From assembly GCA_040326155.1 (NCBI GenBank), contig JBEQLE010000001.1, positions 1 to 64,000 on the forward strand: DNA of 64,000 nt, written 5' to 3'. The notes beneath the pieces were generated by a model. It searched no databases and was not told the DNA's origin. It saw only the letters and a program-made list of their open reading frames with translations. Of the stretch, positions 47,697 to 58,346 are shown one piece after another. The stretch's first letter is position 1. The number at the start of each line of letters is the position of its first letter. Position numbers and translations under genes: made by a program. This DNA is from Leptospirales bacterium (GTDB lineage: Bacteria; Spirochaetota; Leptospiria; Turneriellales; JAOUFE01).

Positions 47697-50600
47697 ATGA
47701 ACGCAAAATATACAACTAAATTTCTTTTTCGGGTACTTACCATGGTCGCCATACTTTCTGCGACTTTCATGAGCGAATTAACAGCCGGAGTTAACCCGGA
47801 CGGTTCATTTTCACACGGAATTACAATAGAAATACCCCCTGGAACGGCAGGAATGCAACCTTCCATTTCACTGGGTTATAATAGCAACGGCGGCAACGGC
47901 CTTGTCGGTAAAGGGTGGTCCCTTTCCGGATTCGCCACAATTTCACGGGTCGATAACGGCTACGGAATTAGCGGTCAACCAACAGATCGCTATTCAGGAC
48001 CCGGTGGACTCTTAGTTGATGTCAGCAATGGAATGGGAAAAGAGTACCACACGGAACAAGAGTCCTTTCAAAAGTACGAGCCAGATTTAAACGCCGACGG
48101 GCAACCGCAGTCCTGGGTGGTTACACAACCGGATGGTACAAAGTTATTTTTCGGGTCAATCGATAATTCAAGACTCGAATATGCGCCAACGGGAGAAGCG
48201 GTTCTCGGCACCTATCGCGTATGGGCTCTTGATCAAGTGTTAGACCTGAACGGAAATTTTTATAAAATAACCTACCGAAAAATTAATGGTATTTTACTGC
48301 CTGAAAAAGTTCTATATACTCGAAACGACGTCCACAAACTGTCCCGTTTTCGCGCAGTAGTATTTGTGTACAACGATAGCTCTGTCTACAGCGACGACAA
48401 TTCAGTCGAGTCTCCGCGTAGCGACGCATATACAATGCGAGCACAGAATACTCTGACACAAATGAATTATTATCTAAAAGAGATAGAGGTACGCTACGAT
48501 GTAGAAGCAAACTGCTGGACCAATATTTTTTGCAATGACGGAAAGCTGGTTCGAAGCTATGAACTTGATTACGAAAACAGCCCCGTTACGGGCGAAAAAA
48601 GATTAAAGTCGGTAACCCAATTTGGAGCAACCGAGGCAGGCGAAAAAGGGGGTTCTTTAGAACCACAGGTGTTTACCTATGACGATCGCCACAACAAATT
48701 GAATGTTGACGCAGTTGGTGACGTAACGCTTACTCCTTTAGACGACCTCACGCAGGCTCCAAATACTAAGCAACTTAATAATGTTGCTTCTTTTAACCAA
48801 GCAGAATTAAATTCACAAAAGTATGCAGTATCCGGGAATCGCTCCATCGCCAATACAGACGGAAAAATAAATATGAAGTTTTGCGCTACTGGCGCTTGTT
48901 TTGGTAACAAAATAATAGAACATACCGAAGGAATTCGGGAGTATCAACTACAATATGCCCCGATTCGCAGTGATGGGGCTTTTACGAAAATAGATACTGC
49001 AGGAAACATCTTATATTATTACTATATCTATGTATATGATGATTTTTTTCTTGATGATAAGGGTGACCTCTACTATACTCGAGTAAATATTCGAAAGGAA
49101 TGCGATGTAGGAAAAAATAATTGTGACTATTGGGGAGAGTCAGGAAAGGCGGTTTGGAATAATATGAACAAACCAAAACTGGTGGCAAAAAACTTTAATA
49201 TTGCATCCTTTAAAACGATACACCCTGGTGTAGGTTACAGAAATAACGATTATTATAGTACGTACCGTATCGGTTTTGTCACCAAATCAGGAGATTTTTA
49301 TGTAATGCAACATTGGAATTTGGATACTGACACAAACGCAAAACACAACGAGAATGACAGAGCGCTGTTTATTGCACCGGATGTGCGTGATTTTCAATTG
49401 GCAGCAGCCGAATCAAGTGGCTGGGGACTGGCTTTAAACGATGTAAAAATTGACTTCTACTTAACCAACGCAAATAGTCTGCATCGCTTCAGTTTTCACG
49501 GAGTTCACGGAGTTCAAGGAGTTCAAGGAGCATATTTCTTTGCACCGAGAGGCTCTTACGGCAACGTGAAAAGCTTCGCATATAACGGGAGAAACGTTCT
49601 GGCTTATACCACCGGAAACAACGATCTAATTGTTACCGACAGCGAACGTCGTAAAACATTGAGTACCACGCCAGAATTACCGGATGGAACAGGACACCAA
49701 ATCTACGGTTTACATTTTCGAGACGTACAACTGGGATCCATGGCCTTTAACGGCAGAACCGTTTATGCCCGTACTGCTACAAACCAGTTGTACAAAATAA
49801 ACATGAAACCCGGTGTTACAGGAGAGGAAGTTTATGCCACGAAAATTCTTATAAAAAATGATATTACACAAAATCAATACAATGTCAGTATGGGGCGTCT
49901 AACCATGCTAGACAGAGACAATAACCTCTATGTAAAAACTGATTTGGGTAATATATTAACTGTTTCGGCTAATGTAAAAAACTTTTGGACCGGTTTTTCC
50001 AAAAATGAAAGTACCGGTATCCATGCCGATTGTTTTATTACATACGATCTTCCCGAACAGGCCCAATGCCAAAACAATTCATCCAGCGCAAATATATCCG
50101 AAGGATTTGTTCACGCAAGAACGAACCTTACAGGCTTAAAAAAGAAATTCTTATTTGCACAAAAAGCTGATCGTTCTTTATATCTGTATCTAAATAACGA
50201 TACAATTACCGTTAACGGCAGCGGTACAAAGTGGTTAAAAATCGCCGATGCTGTGGCTTCTTATACAATTACCGAAAATATTTTTGCTATTTTATTTTCA
50301 AACGGAGAGTTGTATGCTTCGGATAGGTTGTTATTTGAAGATCATATAAAAAATAGTATTGCAAACAATGGAGCACCCACAGACATTCGAAGCAGCATGA
50401 TTTTAGTAAAACAAGACGTAGCCTCTTTTAACTTTACCGGAAATAAACTTGCGACAACAACTTACGCACCCACTTGGAGTAATCTACTTAGGATTGAAAA
50501 ATTTTCTATTGAGGTTATAAACGGTACTCAAACTCGTGGCGACTCGCAAAGCCTGTTTTCTCGACCGGAGGTTCGTTCTTTTCAAATGGTCGGCCACATG

Positions 50601-53600
50601 GTTGCCGTACACAACCTGGACACTACTCTCAGCATGTACAATTTTTATTCCGGGGCGCTAATTGAAAATTTTACCCATAAAATTCGCAGTTTCTCGCTTT
50701 CATCGTCTCGTCTGGGTTTTACCACTTATCAAAATGAATTTCATTACAAAGATTTCTGGAATGCCGAATCGGTGTTAGCCAAAAGTAATATTATCAACTG
50801 TCGTTCCGGTGACATTGAAATCGATTGTGTCGATTATAATTATAACCTTTATCGCCACAGAACCGGAACAGCGCAGACAGACTTTGGGGTACACTCCGTT
50901 TTTAACGGAACCGACTGGAATTTACTGGCGAGCGATGTACGAGAATATTCAATGACGCCTACAAAATTGAATGTATTAGGCTTTGATAACACTTTACGGG
51001 AGATCAACAAAAGCGATCTATCCGTAGCCTCACAAACCAATAATATCGCGTATTACCAATATAATGAGAATTTTAAAGGATTCGCTAAAATAGCCCTGCC
51101 TTCAGGAACTATGAATTCAATTTTTAACGGAATAGGGGGTATAAAAACAATCGCTTACCACCATTCTTTTCAAGTTCCCGAAACGATCAATTTGAATGCA
51201 AGAGGTTCCACATCTTTGTTCGATCCCTCTCCGAAAGTACTGGTCAGGCTTGTAAAAGATGAAGATGGTCGTGGCGGCTTAAACATTCTCTCCTCAAGTT
51301 ATAAATTCCAAAATGCTAAAGTCTACGTTGGTTCAGAACCAGGCAAATCAAAGTCGCTCGGTTTTGAAACTATGGAGGTCACGACCCCCGACGACATAAA
51401 AACCGTTACCATATTCAACCAGAGTTATGACCTGACCCAAAAGCCACGAACTACGCTTGTTTATGCGTCTAACGGTACATTGGTAAAAGAAACGAATTAT
51501 CAATGGTTAACCAGTATGCAGCTCAGCGCATATGGCGTTAATTTATATCTGGGTTTACAACTGGTATTGCCTGAAAGCCAGGAAACGTTTAACTATTTTC
51601 TTGGCGACGGGTCTGTTTACAGTCGATCAAAAATCGAGTATCTAAATTATGACGCTTATGCAAATGTTGTGAAACAAAAGATACAAACAGGAAATGCGAC
51701 CGCCTATTCATCGAAAGAGACAAACATTATTGAATCTACTTACCAATATAATCTGGAAAAGTGGATGCTTGGCGCAGTAACATTTACTTCAATCACAGAC
51801 GAAGGCGGAACCTTACTTTCCAAAAAAAGTTATACATATGATCAAAAATATAACTTAAAGGAGTCAGGAGACTTCTTAATAGAAAAAAACAGTTATATTA
51901 GCACCGGCAATGAATACGACATCTATGGAAATGTTACAAAGTCCGGAATTGTCAATAGAAATGCGACTGTAGACCAACTTGACCGTTCCAAAATATATGA
52001 ATATGACCCTGTTTATGCGACTTACCCGATTAAGGTTTCTAACCAAATGGGTCATACCGTAGTCAGCGATGTCGATTATGCTACCGGAAAACCGACCTGT
52101 GTCAGCGACCTCTACGATAAAAATATAACAGATAACCCAAGTTGTTTAGACTTGAACCCGATCACCTACCAGTACGACCAGTTTAAACGGGAAATCCTGG
52201 TCATGGATGCATCGGTAGCACAGGATAACGTCAGTACGAATGCAACCGTACAGAGTACACCCTGGGTAAAATGGACAACTTATACTGCCAACGGTGTCGA
52301 CCCAGACAAGCAAAACATTTTTGTCAAGACCAGAGATGAATCAACAGCTAGCGGATATAAATGGGTTCGAAACTACTATGACGGCCTGGGAAGAACCTGG
52401 AAAGAGACCTCGCTCGGATTGGATGCTGGAAAAACCAGAATAAAGGTTATTGATTATGACAATAAGGGCAGAATAAAAAGAGATACTAATAGCAAAATTG
52501 TCGGAGTAACGAATCACGCCTGGACCAACTATGAATACGACGCTCTCGGCCGCGTTGTTAATACTACGCATCCGGACGGCAATATCTCGCAAGTGATCTA
52601 CAATAAAAGTTGTACCGTGGCAACCGACGCCAATAACAAAAGTACTCAAACCTGCCACGACCGTTTGGGGCGTACAACCCAATTCTGGGATATCTCTCCC
52701 GGGACATCTAAAACATACTTTGCATACGACAACATGGGGCGTCTAATCAACACAACCGACGCAGATGGCGATGTAACGAATATTCAATACGATTCACTGG
52801 GACGAAAAACCTCTCTGTCTAAAGTCGGAGAGGGAACGTGGTCCTACGCCTACTTTAGTATTGCACCCGAACTAAAGTCTACTACTGATCCGAAAGGAAA
52901 TACTATAAACTATAGGTATGACAATCTTGGTAGATTGCGCCATGTAATTGACAACACGGGAAAGAAGCGCGAACAATACTGGTATGACCAGGTTCCGGAT
53001 TCTGCGATACAAAGCAACTATCTTGGAAAGTTGACAAGAACTCTGGATGACGCAGGAAATACCTACTATTACTACAATCAGCGCAGGCAGTTGAACCTGA
53101 TGGTTAAGAATATCGATAATATCAACTACTCTTTTCATTACACTTATGATGTAGCGGGCAGAGTAGAAGAGTTGACCTACCCCGACGGCAAAATTGCCAA
53201 GAATATCTACGGAACAAGCGGAACTTTGCGTCAAGTCCGTTTATTAGAGACCCCCGGCTCTTCGGGTTCTCCCATCGTTACCTATGAAGGTCCGGTGACA
53301 ACAGGCGCAAATACTCTAACTCGCTATACCGGCAGCAGAACCCATAAAACCAGTGTCGAAACCGAGATAGCGTTTGACCCGGTGACTTTTCGCCCTACAA
53401 GCTTAAAAACAACGCTGCCCCAGGTGGTAGATAACCAGGGAGCAGTAGTGCAACCTGCTGGTGTTCAACGTAATGTGGCTTATACCTATGACGCGGTGGG
53501 TAATATAACGCAAATAAATGACCTGGTAAATAGCACCAGATCGCAGACCTTTACTTATGGCAGGGCTTATCGACTGACTCATGCTTCGGGAAGTTACGGA

Positions 53601-55466
53601 GAATACGATTACACATATAGCGCCGGCGGGAATCTCATAAAAAAAGGAGACAGAACCAACTACTATAATGGTGCGACTCAGTGTAATAACAACCCTGCTC
53701 CTTCGCAAGCGGTATGCGCCGACTCCGAAGGTAACGAGTACAAGTATGACGCAAATGGCAATATGATAAACAGGGCAGGCAGAGAACTTGTCTACAATTA
53801 TCTGAACCGTTTAACCGAAGTTAAAGATGGAAACGGCGGAGCCGAAATCTATACTTATGATTTTAGCGGAAAAAGGGTGAAAAAGAAAAGGGCCGATGGA
53901 ACAACCGTCTATAATATTGCGGGTCTCTATGAAGTTTCCATAGACTCAAACGGAACCGAGCTACATACAAAATACATATATGGAACTGCCGGCGATCTGG
54001 CCGCCCAGGTGACTTTACACGAATCGGATGTTACAGTCGCGGGCTTAAACCGGTACAGCGAATATGCAAAAGCGAGCCTGGCCATCCCCGGCAGCGGTAC
54101 TTGGTTCAAGAAATTAATTTCGGATCATTTTCGGGGCAGACAAACCAGTACCCAGGTCTATCTGTTTGTTCTGATTGCTCTTCTTTTAATCGGACTGTAT
54201 ATAAGAACCAATTGGAAGGTTTATCGAAAAACGCCAGTCAACGAACGAAGAAAAATGGCCCCCATGGCGCTATTTACGGCGATTGTCTTTATTTTCACCT
54301 TTGTCTTTAACGGATGTGAAGGGGAAGATGTCTATACCGATGTTACTCTGGTTGCACCCATTGATTTAACCGGGGCAGACGAGATTTCGACGGTACCAAC
54401 CTCCATGTATAACGACACAACAACCGTTGGTCAAGTTCGAGTTGGCGTACTGTTTTTTCACCCCAACTTTCAAGGTTCTACAGCGCTCGTTACCGACTAT
54501 GAAGGCAAACTGGTGACCGAAATTCACTATAAACCCTATGGCGAAATAAACCGTTCTGCCTCAACCGGTTATGACGTATCGCGCTATAAATATACCGGGC
54601 AAGAAGAAGACGCCGAAACTGGTCTAATGTACTTCGGGGCCAGATATTACGACCCCGGAATCGGGCGCTTTATAACACAAGATACAAAAGTTCTCGAAGG
54701 AACCCAGGGATTAAATCGGTATATGTATACGTATGGAAACCCTATGATGTATACCGATCCGAGTGGAAATAATCCGTTCTTGATTATATTTATCATTGTA
54801 ATCGCCGGTGTAATGTCAGCAGTTTCTAATGTATCAGCAGCATGCTCAATAGATGGGTGTTCCACGGGAGAGATGATTAGTGCAGCAATTAATGGCTTTA
54901 TTGGCGGCGCGATACAAATGGGAATACAGGTTTATTTTACATCTTTTGGTATGCCGGGAGTTGGCGCAGTTTTTGGCACTTTTGTGAGTAGCTTATTTAC
55001 AGCGGCAATAGACAGTGAAACAGGCGCATTAACTAAAGATGATTGGATAAATATAGCGATACAAACCAGCATTTCTGCTGCAATGGCAGGGTATAGCATT
55101 CACCAGAATATAAAATTGAATGGTAAATATATTAAACCTACAGTTAGTAGCATGATCACAAAAGAAGCGATTAAAAAACAAGCATTGAATGTCACGGATA
55201 TGGCCATTGGCTACGGTGCCAGTGTTACGGAAGAGTACCTTAATGACCAGAACTCTGAGGATTGTAGTAAAAGTGGTACCGGCGATAGCTGCACTACTTC
55301 TACTGGTTCCGGTGATAGCGAGGGATCGGGATCGTCACCTGAAGAACCGACACCTTCAGGTGACGGCGACAACGAACCTGGCGGCGACGGCGACAACGAC
55401 GAGCCGCCCGGTGCTGTACTATCTGCACCGCCGCCCCCCACAATGGAGGTTATGAACTTTAGATAG
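47697..55466 (+). CDS. Giant SpvB/YD-repeat Rhs protein 2
   Basis: Signal peptide; IEIPPGTAGMQPSISLGYNSNGGNGLVGKGWSL; long beta-rich insert; YD repeats; core KYTGQEEDAETGLMYFGARYYDPGIGRFITQD...NPMMYTDPSG. Confidence 0.92.
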   Translation: MNAKYTTKFLFRVLTMVAILSATFMSELTAGVNPDGSFSHGITIEIPPGTAGMQPSISLGYNSNGGNGLVGKGWSLSGFATISRVDNGYGISGQPTDRYSGPGGLLVDVSNGMGKEYHTEQESFQKYEPDLNADGQPQSWVVTQPDGTKLFFGSIDNSRLEYAPTGEAVLGTYRVWALDQVLDLNGNFYKITYRKINGILLPEKVLYTRNDVHKLSRFRAVVFVYNDSSVYSDDNSVESPRSDAYTMRAQNTLTQMNYYLKEIEVRYDVEANCWTNIFCNDGKLVRSYELDYENSPVTGEKRLKSVTQFGATEAGEKGGSLEPQVFTYDDRHNKLNVDAVGDVTLTPLDDLTQAPNTKQLNNVASFNQAELNSQKYAVSGNRSIANTDGKINMKFCATGACFGNKIIEHTEGIREYQLQYAPIRSDGAFTKIDTAGNILYYYYIYVYDDFFLDDKGDLYYTRVNIRKECDVGKNNCDYWGESGKAVWNNMNKPKLVAKNFNIASFKTIHPGVGYRNNDYYSTYRIGFVTKSGDFYVMQHWNLDTDTNAKHNENDRALFIAPDVRDFQLAAAESSGWGLALNDVKIDFYLTNANSLHRFSFHGVHGVQGVQGAYFFAPRGSYGNVKSFAYNGRNVLAYTTGNNDLIVTDSERRKTLSTTPELPDGTGHQIYGLHFRDVQLGSMAFNGRTVYARTATNQLYKINMKPGVTGEEVYATKILIKNDITQNQYNVSMGRLTMLDRDNNLYVKTDLGNILTVSANVKNFWTGFSKNESTGIHADCFITYDLPEQAQCQNNSSSANISEGFVHARTNLTGLKKKFLFAQKADRSLYLYLNNDTITVNGSGTKWLKIADAVASYTITENIFAILFSNGELYASDRLLFEDHIKNSIANNGAPTDIRSSMILVKQDVASFNFTGNKLATTTYAPTWSNLLRIEKFSIEVINGTQTRGDSQSLFSRPEVRSFQMVGHMVAVHNLDTTLSMYNFYSGALIENFTHKIRSFSLSSSRLGFTTYQNEFHYKDFWNAESVLAKSNIINCRSGDIEIDCVDYNYNLYRHRTGTAQTDFGVHSVFNGTDWNLLASDVREYSMTPTKLNVLGFDNTLREINKSDLSVASQTNNIAYYQYNENFKGFAKIALPSGTMNSIFNGIGGIKTIAYHHSFQVPETINLNARGSTSLFDPSPKVLVRLVKDEDGRGGLNILSSSYKFQNAKVYVGSEPGKSKSLGFETMEVTTPDDIKTVTIFNQSYDLTQKPRTTLVYASNGTLVKETNYQWLTSMQLSAYGVNLYLGLQLVLPESQETFNYFLGDGSVYSRSKIEYLNYDAYANVVKQKIQTGNATAYSSKETNIIESTYQYNLEKWMLGAVTFTSITDEGGTLLSKKSYTYDQKYNLKESGDFLIEKNSYISTGNEYDIYGNVTKSGIVNRNATVDQLDRSKIYEYDPVYATYPIKVSNQMGHTVVSDVDYATGKPTCVSDLYDKNITDNPSCLDLNPITYQYDQFKREILVMDASVAQDNVSTNATVQSTPWVKWTTYTANGVDPDKQNIFVKTRDESTASGYKWVRNYYDGLGRTWKETSLGLDAGKTRIKVIDYDNKGRIKRDTNSKIVGVTNHAWTNYEYDALGRVVNTTHPDGNISQVIYNKSCTVATDANNKSTQTCHDRLGRTTQFWDISPGTSKTYFAYDNMGRLINTTDADGDVTNIQYDSLGRKTSLSKVGEGTWSYAYFSIAPELKSTTDPKGNTINYRYDNLGRLRHVIDNTGKKREQYWYDQVPDSAIQSNYLGKLTRTLDDAGNTYYYYNQRRQLNLMVKNIDNINYSFHYTYDVAGRVEELTYPDGKIAKNIYGTSGTLRQVRLLETPGSSGSPIVTYEGPVTTGANTLTRYTGSRTHKTSVETEIAFDPVTFRPTSLKTTLPQVVDNQGAVVQPAGVQRNVAYTYDAVGNITQINDLVNSTRSQTFTYGRAYRLTHASGSYGEYDYTYSAGGNLIKKGDRTNYYNGATQCNNNPAPSQAVCADSEGNEYKYDANGNMINRAGRELVYNYLNRLTEVKDGNGGAEIYTYDFSGKRVKKKRADGTTVYNIAGLYEVSIDSNGTELHTKYIYGTAGDLAAQVTLHESDVTVAGLNRYSEYAKASLAIPGSGTWFKKLISDHFRGRQTSTQVYLFVLIALLLIGLYIRTNWKVYRKTPVNERRKMAPMALFTAIVFIFTFVFNGCEGEDVYTDVTLVAPIDLTGADEISTVPTSMYNDTTTVGQVRVGVLFFHPNFQGSTALVTDYEGKLVTEIHYKPYGEINRSASTGYDVSRYKYTGQEEDAETGLMYFGARYYDPGIGRFITQDTKVLEGTQGLNRYMYTYGNPMMYTDPSGNNPFLIIFIIVIAGVMSAVSNVSAACSIDGCSTGEMISAAINGFIGGAIQMGIQVYFTSFGMPGVGAVFGTFVSSLFTAAIDSETGALTKDDWINIAIQTSISAAMAGYSIHQNIKLNGKYIKPTVSSMITKEAIKKQALNVTDMAIGYGASVTEEYLNDQNSEDCSKSGTGDSCTTSTGSGDSEGSGSSPEEPTPSGDGDNEPGGDGDNDEPPGAVLSAPPPPTMEVMNFR

Positions 55467-55572
55467 TCAAACAAACGTGAGTAAACTCTCTCACACGGCG
55501 TCCAATTTGTTGGAAAATTCCCCACCAGTAAGAAAAATTACAGGTGGGGAATAAACCAACATACATCCAGTT

Positions 55573-55985
55573 TTAAATCTTATTTGACGCTGCTTCGAAT
55601 AGATCGTTTTTTTCTGCCTCTGCTATGGCTTGCGCAATTTTTGACCATTTTATGAATCGATCAACAAGTACTTTATTTAAATCACCCATTTCTTTTAGGG
55701 ACTCTAGTTATGTTAAAAGCTCAGCTTATGATAGGATAAGTAGTTTAGGAGGTTCCATTGAATTCAGCTCTTCCAACTGAGGTTTGTATAAATGATTTGG
55801 TATATTTTCTGTGCCCAGCCATTTATATACAACAAATGTAGCAAAAAAGGCTTTCAAGTTTCCTGATTGGAAGGCTTTAATGATAGGGCTATATTCGTCA
55901 AAGGATAGTAATAGAGCTAATGGATACTTTTTCAGTTGCAATGTCTTCAACTCCGAGAGTTTCGTTTGTTCCGTAGGCCATAATA
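55573..55985 (-). pseudogene. Degraded gene remnant(s)
   Basis: Broken frames (MAYGTNE..., ...FDEYSPIIKAF..., MGDLNKV...IAQAIAEAEKNDLFEAA); the last peptide has a paralogous remnant at ~59105-59179. Confidence 0.4.
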
Positions 55986-56069
55986 CTTATTTTCCCTATT
56001 GTACAATATAGCCTTAATTGTACAAGTTCTACTGTAAAAAACTGCTACTGATTTGTAATTAATATATTC

Positions 56070-56296
56070 TCCTAACGAGCACAGGAGGTGTGAGCCGACA
56101 AACCATACACCGTTTATTTCCGATAACTACCCTTACACAAGCAAACCGGCGCACGACACCTGAAAAATATCGTATGGGGTGGCGAAGAACGCCATTTTTT
56201 ATGGCGGTCGCAGCCAGGGGAAAGACAAAAATACGTGAAGTGTAAAAACCCGGCTTTACCCATTAAAACTTAGTTGGTTAGCTCGTTTTGTTATAA
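56070..56296 (-). repeat. Possible attC-like site
   Basis: Minus strand TTATAAC-aaaacgagc...gctc-GTTAGGA; GC-rich internal hairpins; the preceding ORF (56278-56493) terminates inside the TAAC end, as cassette ORFs often do. Confidence 0.4.
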
Positions 56297-56547
56297 GTTC
56301 TTTGACCATTGTTCGAACGGAGAAAAGGTAGGGTAGCAACCAATGTCACTTCGTTAATTTTAACGCGAAGTTTTATATTTTCTTCTTTGAAGAGAACTTC
56401 AAAGGCTGCTTTCATCGTCTCCGGATTTTGCGCCTTGACTTTCTGTGAATCTTGAAATACGTGGTTGAGTTTTTCGAGGGGCGACATCGTCAAGTTTTTC
56501 TAAAAAATAGTTGCCGCTAAGTCTAAGTTGTTGTATAATACAACTGA

Positions 56548-57012
56548 ATGAAGGCAGTTATGAACAGCGAGATAGATACAACAAGGGAATACTTGAAGAT
56601 CTTCACCGACCTGGCGAAGCTTATGAGGAATTTTCAACACGAGGCGCCCTTTTGCGAGGGCCTTACTTTTGGGCAATTTACGATACTCGATCATGTTATC
56701 CAAAACAAGCATCTCGAATTATCAAAACTGCACGGTTTACTCGGTGTCGAAAAAAGTACGACAACACGTTTGATACAACCTCTCGTTGATCAGAACTTCG
56801 TCGAAAAAGTGAAATCAGCCGATGACTCGCGCATTCTCTACCTGGAAATTACAGACGAAGGAAAGGAAATCCATGATAATGCGTGGCGATGTTTATCGTC
56901 CTTTTTCCATAATAGCTTCGAATCGATAGCCCCTGGTAAACAACATGAAATTACCAGCGGGTTAAAGTTATTTATTTCCAGATTTGACGAATGCTGCGGA
57001 GGCAGTTGCTGA
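56548..57012 (+). CDS. MarR family regulator with Cys-rich C-terminus
   Basis: LTFGQFTIL...VEKSTTTRLIQPL...DDSRI...ITDEG; ends ECCGGSC. Confidence 0.88.
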   Translation: MKAVMNSEIDTTREYLKIFTDLAKLMRNFQHEAPFCEGLTFGQFTILDHVIQNKHLELSKLHGLLGVEKSTTTRLIQPLVDQNFVEKVKSADDSRILYLEITDEGKEIHDNAWRCLSSFFHNSFESIAPGKQHEITSGLKLFISRFDECCGGSC

Positions 57013-57065
57013 GTAGAAGCAAAAAAATTTAACAAATAGTTGTACCATACAACAAAGGAGAAAAC

Positions 57066-57911
57066 ATGAACGCGGAAGAAACAAGAAAAGTAGTAAGAGA
57101 AGGTTATACGGAGGTCGCCAAAAAGGGCGGTTTGGTCGCGGGGAATAGTTGTTGCGGGCCAAATACCAGCCAAAATACGGTTGCAAAGGGCGGCGGCGCA
57201 AGTTGCTGCGCACCCTCGGTGAGCGCTGAAAACATCAGCCAGGCCATCGGGTATTCAGCGACCCAACTGCAAGAGATACCAGACTCAGCCAACCTCGGTC
57301 TAGGTTGCGGGAACCCCACCGCCTTGGCGGAGATCAAAGAAGGCGATGTCGTCCTCGATCTCGGGTCCGGAGCCGGCATTGATGTTTTTCTAGCCTCCAA
57401 ACAAGTGGGGCCAACGGGAAAAGTCATTGGTGTTGATATGACCGACGAGATGCTCGCCAAGGCCCGTAAAAATGCCGAGACCGGCGGATACACGAATGTC
57501 GAATTTCGCAAGGGCGTGATTGAAGAATTGCCCGTCGATTCCGATACCGTCGATTTGATTATTTCGAATTGCGTGATCAACCTGTCGCCGGAAAAAGACA
57601 AGGTCTTCCAAGAAGCCCATCGGGTACTAAAACCAGGCGGGCAGATTATGGTGTCGGACATTGTGATTCTTCGCGATCTCCCCGATGCGATCAAAGATTC
57701 TTTGGATGCCTACGTCGGTTGCATTTCCGGGGCCGAGAAAATCGAAGACTACAAAGCGGCGATCAGCGATGCCGGCTTTACAGATATCGAAATTCTCAGC
57801 CAGGATAATTTCGGCTCCGAGATTGCGGGGACCTACTTGAATCTCACGGTAGACGAAAATGTTGACGTCGAGAATCTAGCTGCCAGCATCAAGGTGCGCG
57901 CCAGGAAATAG
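57066..57911 (+). CDS. arsM: Arsenite S-adenosylmethionine methyltransferase
   Basis: SCCGP/SCCAP N-terminus, ANLGLGCGNP, LDLGSGAGID, ISNCVINL, YVGCISGA; visibly more GC-rich than the flanks. Confidence 0.93.
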   Translation: MNAEETRKVVREGYTEVAKKGGLVAGNSCCGPNTSQNTVAKGGGASCCAPSVSAENISQAIGYSATQLQEIPDSANLGLGCGNPTALAEIKEGDVVLDLGSGAGIDVFLASKQVGPTGKVIGVDMTDEMLAKARKNAETGGYTNVEFRKGVIEELPVDSDTVDLIISNCVINLSPEKDKVFQEAHRVLKPGGQIMVSDIVILRDLPDAIKDSLDAYVGCISGAEKIEDYKAAISDAGFTDIEILSQDNFGSEIAGTYLNLTVDENVDVENLAASIKVRARK

Positions 57912-57915
57912 GTAT

Positions 57916-57947
57916 TTTTGCAGGGGCGAGGCCTCGCCCCTGCAAAA
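57916..57947. repeat. Perfect 32-bp palindrome (REP-like / bidirectional terminator)
   Basis: TTTTGCAGGGGCGAGG|CCTCGCCCCTGCAAAA, 4 bp after the arsM stop. Confidence 0.75.
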
Positions 57948-58097
57948 CGGGATCGTTCCCATATTAGGCAGGAAATAACTGTTGTCGGAAATCCATAATA
58001 TATATTCCCTGACCCGTATACTTCTCATCCCTTCCATTAAATATTTATTGACAAATTGAACATATTTGAATACATTCGAAAGCACTGAAGGAATATT

Positions 58098-58346
58098 ATG
58101 TCAAAAACAATTACGATACGTCTCAATGACGAAGTCTACGAATTATTTAAAAAAGCTGCTGCCGGTGATAGAAGGTCTATTTCAAATTATATCGAATATG
58201 CAACTTTATCATATGTCACTAATGATTCGTACGTCTCCGATGAAGAAATGGAAGAAATACTTTCTAGTCCCAAGACCGTTAAAAACTTAGAGAAAGGGTT
58301 GCAGGATATAAAACAAGGTAAGTACAAAATTGCATCACGAGTTTGA
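58098..58346 (+). CDS. RHH/CopG-type antitoxin
   Basis: MSKTITIRLNDEVYELFKKAA...RSISNYIE; acidic C-terminus; overlaps the toxin gene. Confidence 0.85.
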   Translation: MSKTITIRLNDEVYELFKKAAAGDRRSISNYIEYATLSYVTNDSYVSDEEMEEILSSPKTVKNLEKGLQDIKQGKYKIASRV

